This document shows positions 1-19,585 of a stretch of DNA of 64,000 nucleotides, piece by piece (the first letter of the stretch is position 1; the number at the start of each line of letters is the position of its first letter). This DNA comes from Bugula neritina (lineage: Eukaryota > Animalia > Bryozoa). The notes below the pieces were generated by a model. It had not been told where the DNA came from. It made no database searches and was given only the letters and a program-made list of their open reading frames with translations. The DNA is taken from the NCBI GenBank assembly GCA_964035545.1, contig OZ037765.1:32115504-32179503 (forward strand), given 5' to 3'. The translations under genes and the position numbers were made by a program.

Positions 1-559
1 ACGCTTTCCAAGTGATATTTTCATTAAGCATAAGTTGTCTCCTCAGATATTCATCTCTTAAACCAACTACTGCCATACTAATAGCAAACCTTTGTCTAAG
101 GTCTTCCACACTAGCCCCTTCAACAAATCCTAAATTTCTACTATGTTTCTCAACACGTAGCAAATACTCTAGCTCATCTTCGCCACATGTTTGAGACAAA
201 GTTGCTGCTTTAACCCAAGCCACGTGGACATTTTCTGTTTTCTCATAGTGACCTTTCAACAAATTTAAAGCATCATTATGAGCATTATCATCATTCCTTT
301 CAAGATCAAATCCTAAAGATTGTAACACATCAATACCCTCATCTCCAATAGCATTGAGCAGAGCTAGAAACTTAGCTTCACCTCTAAATCTATTTACTGC
401 AATATTGGACAGCATTTCGGTACCCATTTCAAGGGTTGCTAATCGAACTGACAGGTTGTATTTTACCAACCATTTCTTAAAACAATCACTCTGATTATCG
501 GAGCTCAAAACTAACTTAGGAAACCGATTGAGGTCGGTAAACCTAGTGTTAGTTGCCAT
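1..559 (-). CDS. gag: Gag (N-terminal part, runs off window) of a Ty3/Gypsy LTR retrotransposon
   Basis: Open frame from ATG at 559 to the window edge, missed by the ORF track: MATNTRFTDLNRFPKLVLSSDNQSDCFKKW...LALLNAIGDEG...LSQTCGEDELEYLLRV...VVGLRDEYLRRQLMLNENITWKA. The LLxxIGxEG, QxxGE and GLRDxxLRxxL pattern is typical of Mag-like Gypsy Gag. It lies downstream of a PBS and LTR. Confidence 0.8.
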   Translation of the reverse strand, partial: MATNTRFTDLNRFPKLVLSSDNQSDCFKKWLVKYNLSVRLATLEMGTEMLSNIAVNRFRGEAKFLALLNAIGDEGIDVLQSLGFDLERNDDNAHNDALNLLKGHYEKTENVHVAWVKAATLSQTCGEDELEYLLRVEKHSRNLGFVEGASVEDLRQRFAISMAVVGLRDEYLRRQLMLNENITWKA

Positions 560-977
560 TATGATCTGAATGTGAGCGGGATATAAAATTTAAAATTTTA
601 ATTATCACTACCAGAAAGCTTGATTATTTTAATAATTAATAACCCTGTTAATCTTTAAACCTAATATTAAATTTGAATTTATCAAATCTAATACTCTAAC
701 CGAATTATAAATAATAATATTAATGTTTCACTGTTGCTCCACTAACTCCTACTCTTACTCTACTGATAACACTAAATAAACTCCACAAATGTATCTCGAA
801 TAAACTTTTAGTTTTATAGTTACTCTCCACTGTTTGTCTCCCCTCTATTATTTAATTCTGCTCCACTATTCACTTTTCTCCACTATTTGATTCTTCTCCA
901 AACTCCACTATTTGATTCTGCTCCACTCTTTATTTCTTCTCCACTATTCACTCCTTCTCCACTGTTGACTGTCTACA

Positions 978-995
978 ATCCTGCTGACTGCGCCA
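978..995 (-). other. Primer binding site complementary to the 3' end of tRNA-Ser
   Basis: + strand ATCCTGCTGACTGCGCCA matches the 3' end of a tRNA-Ser with a GCAGTC acceptor stem plus CCA, directly abutting the LTR terminal CA. Confidence 0.75.
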
Positions 996-1254
996 TGAAA
1001 TATAACGTTCGACTTACTTGACAGTCAGTTTAAGAGTCCTTGTGCAGTCTTTACTTTCACTCTCAATATAGCCAATATCCAAGCCGTACAAGCTGGTAGG
1101 AAATCCGAATGCTTGTAAGGCAGTTAGCCAATCACCTCAGGTTAGCTTGTAGCTTATCTGCTAAAGACTATAAACCACATTATATTCCATTTTTATTAAT
1201 AATAATATTATGAACAAGAAAATGAAATTAAGATTAACTTTAAGATTTCAATAT

Positions 1255-2400
1255 TCTCATCTCATCTAATTAATCTCACTAGGAGCGCTTTGGCTCCTTT
1301 ATCGAGATGCAGTGGTGTATGAACAATTGGTTAGATTATCAGTAGTAAGGAAGAAAACCATTTTGTCTACGAGATAAGAATATAGTTAATTATGCTTTGA
1401 TTCAAAGCTCAATAGCTAGGTACTGCCAGGAAAGAAAAAAAGAAAAAAGAGAAAAAAAAAACAAAAGTAAATAAATATACACCGCACAGCTTCAGATGAT
1501 ATAAAGCAGAGTCGGTGTTAAGTGCTTATAATCAGTTAGGCAAAGCAGCTAGAATCATTAGAAAAGTTTATGGATGCGATGTTTATATGAATGTTTGGCA
1601 CTTTTGGAATTGATATTGCCCTTAATAGCACCATGTCTGGTATTGTGAGACTCTGCAAAATGAAGGGAGAACCGGTCTTGGTCTATAGCGGCACTACCAG
1701 AAAGCATACGAAAGTACATTTTTTGGTCTGCATTGTCACGTCTTTGTGCAAGGCTATCCCAATTAAAATTTGTCATGAGCTCAGTTATATGATCTCGTTT
1801 TCTCTTACAGAATGTCCACCTGAAGGCTTTTCTATTTATACCTTCTATGATGTTGATGTTTTTCAATTTAAATGGAGACCAGGTGTGGGTCGCAAATTCT
1901 AGTATAGGGCGACAGACTGTTTTATAAGCTATGGCTCTGGTTTTACTTTTAGCCTTTTTTAGACAGCGCATCAGCATGTGTAATAATTTATTAGCTTTTG
2001 AGCAAATGTTTATTATATGTTGATCGAATGACAGTTTATTATCAATCGTGACACCAAGGTATAATACTTTGTCAACACATTGTAAGGGGTCATTATTCAT
2101 GCTGTATTGAGACACTAGAGGATTTACAGTGGAGCGTTGAATTGTCATATGCTCACATTTATTTATATTGAACTTCATCTGAGAACTGTCTGCCCAAGTT
2201 ATAAGATGGTCTAAGTCATTCTGAAATAAACTAGAATCAGCAGGTGTTGTGATTGGTTTGTACAACAAGGAATCATCTGCATATAGTTTAAGCTTGCTGT
2301 TGGCTACCGCAGAGTGCATGTCATTTATGTACACATTAAATAACAGTGGTCCTAATACACTGCCTTGGGGCACTCCTGAGGTCACATGTCTAGTGGCCGT
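1255..2400 (-). mobile_element. 5'-truncated non-LTR retrotransposon (CR1/L2-like LINE)
   Basis: RT C-terminal ORF, then a T-rich 3' UTR, a GGAGC-CAAAGC-GCTCC hairpin (~1282-1297) and a short (ATGAG)n-like tail at ~1255-1267. RT homology stops just upstream of SGVPQG. Confidence 0.75.
1558..2385 (-). CDS. Reverse transcriptase fragment (LINE ORF2 C-terminal part)
   Basis: Motifs GVPQGSVLGPLLFNVYIND, YADD, FNINKC, YLGVTID and RPILEF..TWSP are all CR1/L2-clade RT hallmarks. Confidence 0.93.
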   Translation of the reverse strand: MTSGVPQGSVLGPLLFNVYINDMHSAVANSKLKLYADDSLLYKPITTPADSSLFQNDLDHLITWADSSQMKFNINKCEHMTIQRSTVNPLVSQYSMNNDPLQCVDKVLYLGVTIDNKLSFDQHIINICSKANKLLHMLMRCLKKAKSKTRAIAYKTVCRPILEFATHTWSPFKLKNINIIEGINRKAFRWTFCKRKRDHITELMTNFNWDSLAQRRDNADQKMYFRMLSGSAAIDQDRFSLHFAESHNTRHGAIKGNINSKSAKHSYKHRIHKLF

Positions 2401-3098
2401 GAGTTGAAAATGAGATGATTTGTATTTCTTTCTTCATTCTTGGCATAGTGAATGTCATAATTATTAATGTAATCACTTTATCATAATACTGATACATGAT
2501 GATATCAATATCAGTATGAATACGGTTGTTCAATATGGTTATACGTACTATGAGTATGATACTTGACCGTAATGATAAGCCTAAGACATAATGATAATCA
2601 TAATGATGATCATAACGACAATAAATATCATGTTTATAATTGTTATCCTTGTAGCAACTGTGAGTATTTTGAGAAGAGAAATAGTTAGCTCAAAGTCAAT
2701 TATCAATGTTTCAATCATCTATTTAAAAGTTTGTACAAATATATTATATAGTTATTAAATTTAATACAATTTTCAGTTCAAAATTAATTTCTTTAGAATT
2801 TGATAAATACCCATTTATACCGCTGTCCGTCGATTGCTACAATATGAATATCAAGTTCACCTGTTTTGTAAAAATTATTTAGTAATATTGATAATGGTTT
2901 TGCAGTTCAATTTGAATTCAATTTTAAGATCAGTGAAAGTTTTAGGCTGGTACACTCCGGTTACCCTAATTCAATGCATTGCTACTAAACTGTTTAAATT
3001 TGACTGCATTAGTTTCTGACTAAAAGCTAAAAATAGATTTTGAAACAATCACTGCCACAGCTGATACTTTGTTTTTTTATTTATAGAATACATAGACA

Positions 3099-6000
3099 AT
3101 GCACACTCATCAATATTCAGTACATACTATAACCAGTGAGCTGGAACACGAAGAGCTCATACATCACGTAGCCGGATCTCTTGAGTACCTTCACACTGTT
3201 ATGAATAGCGTATTCAGCAGCGTCGAGGAATCTATAGCTAAAAATAAAGCTCACCTTGAGCGTATAAACCAAAGAACTAAACTAGTTCACCATAAAGTTA
3301 GTCACTTAAAAGGAAGGAAAAAGGCTACACAGGTATTTTTGTTGTATTTATAATATAATCAGATTTGGTAGGTGTACACTTTTTATTGATTGTAAGTTCA
3401 GCCATAACTAAATAAACTACTTTCAATCAGTTTCATTCATTCAAATTCACCATGAATGGTCATTATTTTTATTAAACACATAAAGTATAACACATAATGC
3501 AATGCATTTAATTTCATAAAATACAAAGTGTATGCTCCAAGATGCCGTTAGATTACCATTTGAATTGCTTGTCTGTCCCTCTTCGCAGCTAGTCGAATGA
3601 GGTTTGGTTTCTCTTGTAATTGAAATGGAAAATTCCATAGTAACTGACATTGTACTATATAGTTACCAAGCAATTTCAAAATTCTTATTCTTAGTTTACA
3701 ATACCAAAGTTTTTAGTTTATCTACAGCTGCACAACATTATTCTTTACTAAGGTGGAAAGTTTGTTCACATGGACTTGTACTTGGTATTTAACTATTGTC
3801 TTGAAGGAGTTGTCTTTTCCCTATACATATAATTTATAATCCTATTGCCATAATTCAGCAGTGTTTAATAATTTTTCATTTATAATGAAATATAAAGGTG
3901 CCTTTTTTATTTGCCTTCAGCTTTTTTCGACTCGTTTTATACGTTCTAATCTACTGTAGTCCTCACTTATCTCTGCTCTGTCCTGTTCGGGTAGCGGGGT
4001 TGTAGTAGCATCAACATATTTTTATAAGATCTTTTGCCTTTACTTTCTAAGCAAAAAATAAGCATCAAAATTTACTTGTGTGTGAAATGAAAAATAATTG
4101 TTGTAATGGATATAAATAACTCATATTTTTTCCGTCTGTGATGTAGAGTTATCTTCTTTCTTATGTATTTTCAAGGTATTCTCTAGTGCTAAATATCCCG
4201 GTGCAGGCGTGCAGCACGACTACCACTCGGTATTTCATCAGCATCATCTCCCTAAGAAACACGCCAACTTCAAGCTCTCAGAGCGCCAATATTTACCTCC
4301 CACCAACGAGAATATTAGTAACAAACACAAATTCTACAGCGTCAAGGTATTTTATTATTATCACTTTTGCAATTGTTTTATATGTTGTCCTGTTGTCACT
4401 GATTCATGTATGAATTATGAAAGGAAAAAAGTTTTATTTGTAAATTTTAAAGCATTTATTAAATTTATCTGAAATTCTTTTAAATTTTTCATCGTAAACT
4501 TTAATGCAAAATTACACTTGCTTTGACATATGCTGTAATATAGGATGTGGTTTTGTGAAATAATCATTTTGTTTACTTACCGTCTAGTTTTTATGAGCTT
4601 TTGTACTTTTGACAACCGATTTTGTTTAATAATCTTGAATCTATGCAGTTACTTTTTGCATGTCATGTAATTATACCATACATTATATATACTTTTTTTA
4701 TGTAGATTTACTTAAAAAATCTTGCATTTGTTTTGAATTTTCCCTGTGAAAGACCCTGGTGGTAAAAGTTTTTCAAGTTGGTTAAAGACTGTGGCACAGG
4801 AGCAAAATTTTGTAATTAAATACTTTTCATTACATCACCAGTTTGGCAGGATTTGAATTCGCAGTGCAGACTAGGGCAGTACTTTAACCAGTAAACCCCA
4901 ACTGCTTCCTTAAAGTCCTGTTTACTATTCACTGTACAGGTTCCCGCCAAAACTTCAAATGACGTGTTGGAAGCCGGGTTGGGTCGTCTGCCCAACAACC
5001 TTGACTCTGTGAGCTCGTTGCTTCTCTTCAACACGGCGGAGAATCCGTAAGTTGCTTAAAAATGTGTTGAGCTGTTGAAATGCAGAACACGCAATAGCCT
5101 TGACTGGCTTCAGTTAAGTTTAGACTAAGTTCTGTAAACTTGGTGAATCTGTAAATAAACAGTCAGCCATGCTGCAGGGCTGGTTATGATGCTGTACCTG
5201 TTGTAGGTATAAGAAGTACGTGATGCTGGACCCTAGAGGAGTTGTAACCAAGACGAGGGCTGCCGACAGCGATGAGATCCTCGGCCCGGACGAGGCACCG
5301 ACTACAATCGCCATAGGCGAGGTGATAGACCCTCAGAGTAAGGAGACGTACCTGTACCGGCCCGACCTTGGCGAAGTTCCCACCATATCTGTGCCCGACA
5401 CTCTCCCTGATCTCTTCGGTGGGTTCACAGAGATCTACTTGAACTGAATTATCGTACAAAGTATAAACCTGACTGATATGCATGAAAGTTGTCAAAATTT
5501 GTTTAATTCTAGATATTTATGTTGACTATTTTTACTCAGCCAGTATTTATATTCAGATGTGGCTGACGACATGACGTATGGTGCTGAGACGGGCCCCTCT
5601 ATAGCCCCCTCAGTCTTCGGTTTGGATGCCAGCACTCTACCAGAGCTACCAGATGTGCTGGACAATGCAGTGAACACAGAGGCAGCATCTGCGCCCCCTC
5701 CGCCCCCACCCAGCGGCACCGCCGCACCTCCTCCCCCGCCTCCACCGCCAGCACCCTCCGCTGTGCCTCCACCACGTATGTACCATATTTTCCTAATATA
5801 ATAATGGCTCCACAAAGCTGTGTAACAGCTGAAACATGTCACCATTTATGTGTGTATAACTTGTGGTCTATATTGTTGCAGCTCCTGTCACTACTGCAGC
5901 AGCACCCCCTCCACCCCCTACTGCTGCTCCACCACCACCACCCCCTCCTCCAGCAGCACCTGCTCCACCACCTCCTCCGGCTACTCAGCCAGCACCCCCT

Positions 6001-8297
6001 GCTGCCGCTGCTTCAGAAGATGGTGGCGGCAGAAACAGCCTGCTGGCAGCTATACGTAGTGCCGGTGGTGCCGGGAAGGCCGGCCTTAAGAAATCCTCAG
6101 AGAGAAAGGTTGGTTAACTGCCTATGGAAACTGACTGGTGTACCAGCCCACATTTGTGCTTCTTAAATATTTACCCTGTATTTAATGCTTTTCTGTTCTT
6201 TCTACTGTTTCAAGCATTGATGTAGTTAGTTATAATAGCATGGTTTACCTGGTCACCAAAGTTGTCTTCTCTCTGGTCAAACTAACATAACTCCATTCTA
6301 AAGTTTATCCCAGCAGTAAATGCTCCAGTGTGTCAAGTAGTACGTCTGCTAATGACAGGTTCAGCAGAAGAAGAAGAAGAAAGAGACCTCTAGTGGCAGC
6401 GGAGGTGGAGGTGGTGACCTGATGTCTGACTTGGCCAGCATGCTGACTATGCGTAGGAGAGGTATAGCAGGAAGTGGAGGGGCAGGTAATTCTTAACTAA
6501 TAGTTTCTTTAATATTATGGTGATCCACACAATATCATGTGATATTAGATTATTTTAAACTATCAGCATCTGGTCATGTGATAAGTGTAGCCATGGGCTA
6601 GGCTCAAGTGCCTGGAATACTACTGTTGAACTGTAATTAGACTCGAAAGTTATTGCTATTTTTAGCTGTTATCAAATTTACATGAGTAAAATCAAACTAG
6701 TCAATTGTACAAGGTCAGGCTCTAAAGTTGTCATTAAAATTTGAAATTTTAGAGTTGTCTTCACTCAAGAGTTATGCACACTTCAGAGTTGTGCATCCTT
6801 CAACGTTGCCTGCTTTCTGTAAAGCACAAACAAGCTCATTAATGAAAGAAAATGATATTGCCTGACGGGTTATATAATGAATATAGCGCATAGGGCATAG
6901 AACTTCTGTTTGTTTTAATCAAAATATATTATAGTGCTGACAACTGCCGTGGTCTAGGGGTTAAAGCGTTTGCCTAGTAAACAAAGAAATGGGTTCGAAC
7001 CCCAAAAAAGCCATTGATGATGTTAAGAAGAGCATCCAGTCATAATTGCTCCTGTGCCTCATCTAAAACAAGTCCTTAGCCAATTCTAACAAAATCCCTT
7101 TCCATCAGGATTTCTCACAGGGATATTGGCCATAAACTTGCGCGAGTTTTTCATAGTGCTGACAACTCCTATCTCTTATCATAATTGAAAAGTGGCCCTC
7201 AGTAGAAACAGCATTGTCCCTTGTATTTGGAATTGTCTATTCAAGCAAACATTTCTTTTAGCGATAGTCTTGTAGTTTATCTTGTATATTGCCTAAATAG
7301 CACAATATATTATTAGACATGTATTCACTAGTAGCCTACAGCCATCCCCCTACCCCACAAGTTGGGGAATATGTTCTGGCTATCAAATGAACATCTGAGT
7401 GACCTATATACTGACCTATATAGTGACCTATATACTGACGTATATAGTGACCTATATAGAGGTTGTAATGGGCAGCAGATGTTTTTAATTGAATAGAACA
7501 TAACTTTATGTTTATAATAATACAACATAAAAATATAGTATAATTATACAATATTATATATAATACAATATATAATACAATCATATAGTATAACCATATA
7601 GTATAATCATTATAATATAGTAAATGTGTTATTGCTATTCGATTTTCTAAACGGCTGATATTTTCAATGAGAAAACTTTTCTTGATGAAGTAATTTAATA
7701 ACTTGTTATGAAGAATTAGATCAGCAATACTATTGGTTGCCCTGGTGACCTCACGAATTACCTAGTGCTGTTGGAACTTAAGTCTAATGTATGATTAGTA
7801 TGCCACAAGACAAACCTTAGGTGTTGGTTATGTCACTGAGAGCTGAAAATCTGCCAGTGCTGATTAAATAAGAGTTAATAGGATTTAAATTATCAGTAAA
7901 TATAACAGCATTATCTGATGATAGTGAACTTTCTATATCTTATTATGAAGTAAAAAGGATATAGATATAATGAGTTGTTATTAGACTGTATATAGAAGGG
8001 GTTCTTAAATAGTAAGCCTTAGACATTCCTTAGACAGTTGTCATCCTCTCATCAGTCTATAAAATTTCAGTTATGAAAATTTGGAGTTATCACATTTTTT
8101 ACACAAGTTCTGATTTTCCTTTCACTACAAAAGGTTATTGGATTGCTGTGTGTACTGCAGGTAAAAGTGCACCTGCAGAAGAGTCTAAGCCTGTAGAAGC
8201 GCCCCCTGTTGGTGTGATGAACACCATGTCGAGTATGATACCCTACAGCCCCATGGACAACAGCGCCGATCAAGACGATGATGACTGGAATGAGTAA
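3099..8297 (+). CDS. WASHC1: WASH complex subunit 1 (WAS protein family homolog 1), 8 coding exons
   Basis: Exons ~3099-3332, 4176-4346, 4940-5046, 5207-5418, 5557-5775, 5882-6108, 6359-6485 and 8161-8297, all GT-AG. Contains KATQVFSSAKYP and GLGRLP..SVSSLLLFNTAENPYKKYVMLDP (WHD domains), polyproline, WH2 (GRNSLLAAIRSAGG..GLK), central GDLMSDLASMLTMRRRGI and acidic DDDDWNE C-terminus. Confidence 0.95.
6946..7152 (+). mobile_element. tRNA-derived SINE with 15-bp target site duplication
   Basis: A-box-like GTGGTCTAGGGG and B-box GGTTCGAACCC. Flanked by ATAGTGCTGACAACT at 6931-6945 and 7153-7167. A homologous copy lies at ~54380-54565 on the minus strand. Confidence 0.85.
7399..7458. repeat. 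12-bp tandem repeat (TGACCTATATAG/C)
   Basis: About 5 copies visible directly. Confidence 0.8.
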
Positions 8298-9274
8298 TCG
8301 TCTGCTCAACAAAATTAACTATTTTTATATAATCTTTTTACATAACAATAATATACCAGTTTAGGCAAACAGTCTCTCTGGAAAATTGTGTTACTAAGAT
8401 ATATTTAAACTTAAATAGATTATTCTTGTAAATAAATTAGTAGATAATATTAATTTAGCACTTCTTTTTCTTAATTTAAATTGTGATACTTAACATAAAA
8501 GTGGTAAAAACAATGTAGTTAACTATGTCAATACAATCAACTAATTTTGTTGAAAATTTTTTAACCAGAAATAATATAACAAAATGTCATGGACATCAAA
8601 ATAAATTAACCAAACTACAGAAATTTACTTAATTTTATCATTAATTTCTACTATTTTATGGTGAAATAATTGTTAGTGCTACTAGTAGCATTATTTTTTT
8701 ATTTAGTCTTTTGATCGCAGTTTTTGATTAGTCACATCCTATCTTGAAGCTGTTTAAATGTGTTTCTGGCACAAAATCTTGATATTTTTGTTTTTTACAA
8801 TTGTATGCACTGTTATAATTGTTCGACATTTCCATGATGAGTCATTATAAGCTTCAAACTGGACAACCGGTTAAATACAATTAATTGGTCTAAACTCTAA
8901 AAGAAAGAAAACAAAAGCATATCTGAAGTCTTCAATAGCAATTGTCTATATTTCAGAACATTCTAAAATTCAACTTTTTTCACCCACAATAAGAGTATAC
9001 AATGCTTTCAGGTAAAAAAACACACAAAAATTTACTTTATGCGTAATAATTATTCTTGCATCTGTAAAATAAATTTGCAAAATTGTGACAAATATTTACT
9101 TGTTTTGTCATGTAAACAATGTGCATTGCATCAGCTATATTCCAAGACTAGGTTGGTCACTGTGTTGCAACACCTAAGTGAGTGAATGGAACATTTGTTT
9201 CGAATAAAACTAAATTATAATATTGCAGAACCTAATACTAAATAACAATGTTGAAGTAGCTAATGTGTCAGTAA

Positions 9275-9618
9275 GCCTAGGGCCACACTGTGCGTATTTT
9301 CGCATGCGAAAATTGAAATCACAAGTAGCAAAGGTGTCCACTGTGCGCGTTGAGAAAACGTTCGCACTTGTCGCTCTGCATTTTCAACGCAAGTGCGAAT
9401 CGTCTCTGTCGTCATCACCTAATTGGCTGGTAGTTATTAAGCGAGCCCAATTTTGTTATTTTATTGCTAAATTCCAGTAAATTGCGTTTTATTGAAAGCG
9501 AGTGCGATTTAAAAATGAAAGCTTTATTTATCACGCATCACTGACGCTACAGTGGACGCCTTTGCTATTTGTGGTTTCAAATTTCGCATGCGAAAATACG
9601 CACCGTGTGGCCCTAGGC
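9275..9618. mobile_element. MITE, PIF/Harbinger (Tourist)-like, ~70-bp TIRs and TAA TSD
   Basis: GCCTAGGGCCACACTGTGCGTATTTTCGCATGCGAAA... at 9275, and the inverted ...TTTCGCATGCGAAAATACGCACCGTGTGGCCCTAGGC ending 9618. TAA on both sides (9272-9274, 9619-9621). No coding capacity. Confidence 0.85.
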
Positions 9619-9659
9619 TAACACGCGTCAACTATTGCATCCATCCACTATCACTCACG

Positions 9660-9760
9660 TTATGGCGTGAAGAGTTTACCACGTGTCCAGTGTGAAAATA
9701 TAGGACACTTTTGCCAGGGCCGGGTTACAGCTTAAGGGGGCGTGGCCTTAAACTTGTATA
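9660..9760 (+). promoter_or_regulatory. Putative PAPSS proximal promoter (E-box CACGTG, GC box GGGGCGTGGC)
   Basis: Locally GC/CpG-rich, with these motifs ~90-155 bp upstream of the inferred ATG at 9833. Confidence 0.35.
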
Positions 9761-9832
9761 TTATGCTGGCGACAAAATTGAATAACATTCAGTAAGTGAA
9801 TGCGAGGCAAACTAGCAGAAGATTAGATAACG

Positions 9833-18949
<9,117 letters not shown>

Positions 18950-19585
18950 TTATCTCCACCTACTCATCAAATCCTAGAGTTAATATATTATTACTAGATC
19001 AATCATGTACCTTAACTATTTAACTTTATTTCACCAATTTATATTATATTGAATAAAAATATATAATAAATTTATACAATAATAAATGTAAGTAGATTTA
19101 AATTATGCGTTTAGTTTTCGAAATACCATCTATGTAAACTCTTATTGCACACGCATTCAATGTATACACAGAATCCAGCACAGAACAAACAATAAAGACT
19201 TTACACCAAGTGCGTGTAGAATAAATAAGGGACTGTACAAGTCATAAAAGTGGAATACATAGAATACATAGACTAAGTTCCAGTATTTACAATAAACTAG
19301 CCTGAGTACTGTGAGCAGAGATATTTGACCTCAAGCTAATGCAAGCCCAAACAAAAAAATCTGGCAAAATTATTAAATTAATATAAATATGGCAAGTTGA
19401 AATAATACAGTAAAAATATTAAATTAGTAACAAAACTTAGAAAACATGGATCTAGAAATGCAAAGTTTGTTACCCACAGTTTGACTGTGAGAACAGTATT
19501 CATAGAACATGTATTATGACTGGCAGTCTGGCATAGCTACTGCAACCAAACTATAATAATAGTGGTAGAGATTGTCGAGGAGTTG

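Larger units (their letters stand above)
1..1179 (-). mobile_element. Gypsy LTR retrotransposon, 5' portion (5' LTR ~996-1179, PBS 978-995, leader, gag)
   Basis: Minus strand reads TGTGGTTTATAG...GTTATATTTCA (TG...CA), immediately followed by TGGCGCAGTCAGCAGGAT, then a leader with repeated motifs (CTCCACTA on +) and the gag ORF. The outer LTR boundary is inferred because the 3' LTR is outside the window. Confidence 0.75.

Noticed and set aside
5492-6166. Gly-rich and His/Leu-rich ORFs
   Set aside because: Alternative frames or antisense of the WASH1 polyproline exons.
6946-7003. tRNA gene (A/B boxes present)
   Set aside because: No complete cloverleaf; it continues into a SINE body with a TSD and has a second dispersed copy.
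9223-9480. 85-aa ORF upstream of PAPSS
   Set aside because: Runs through the non-coding MITE and has no recognisable motifs.
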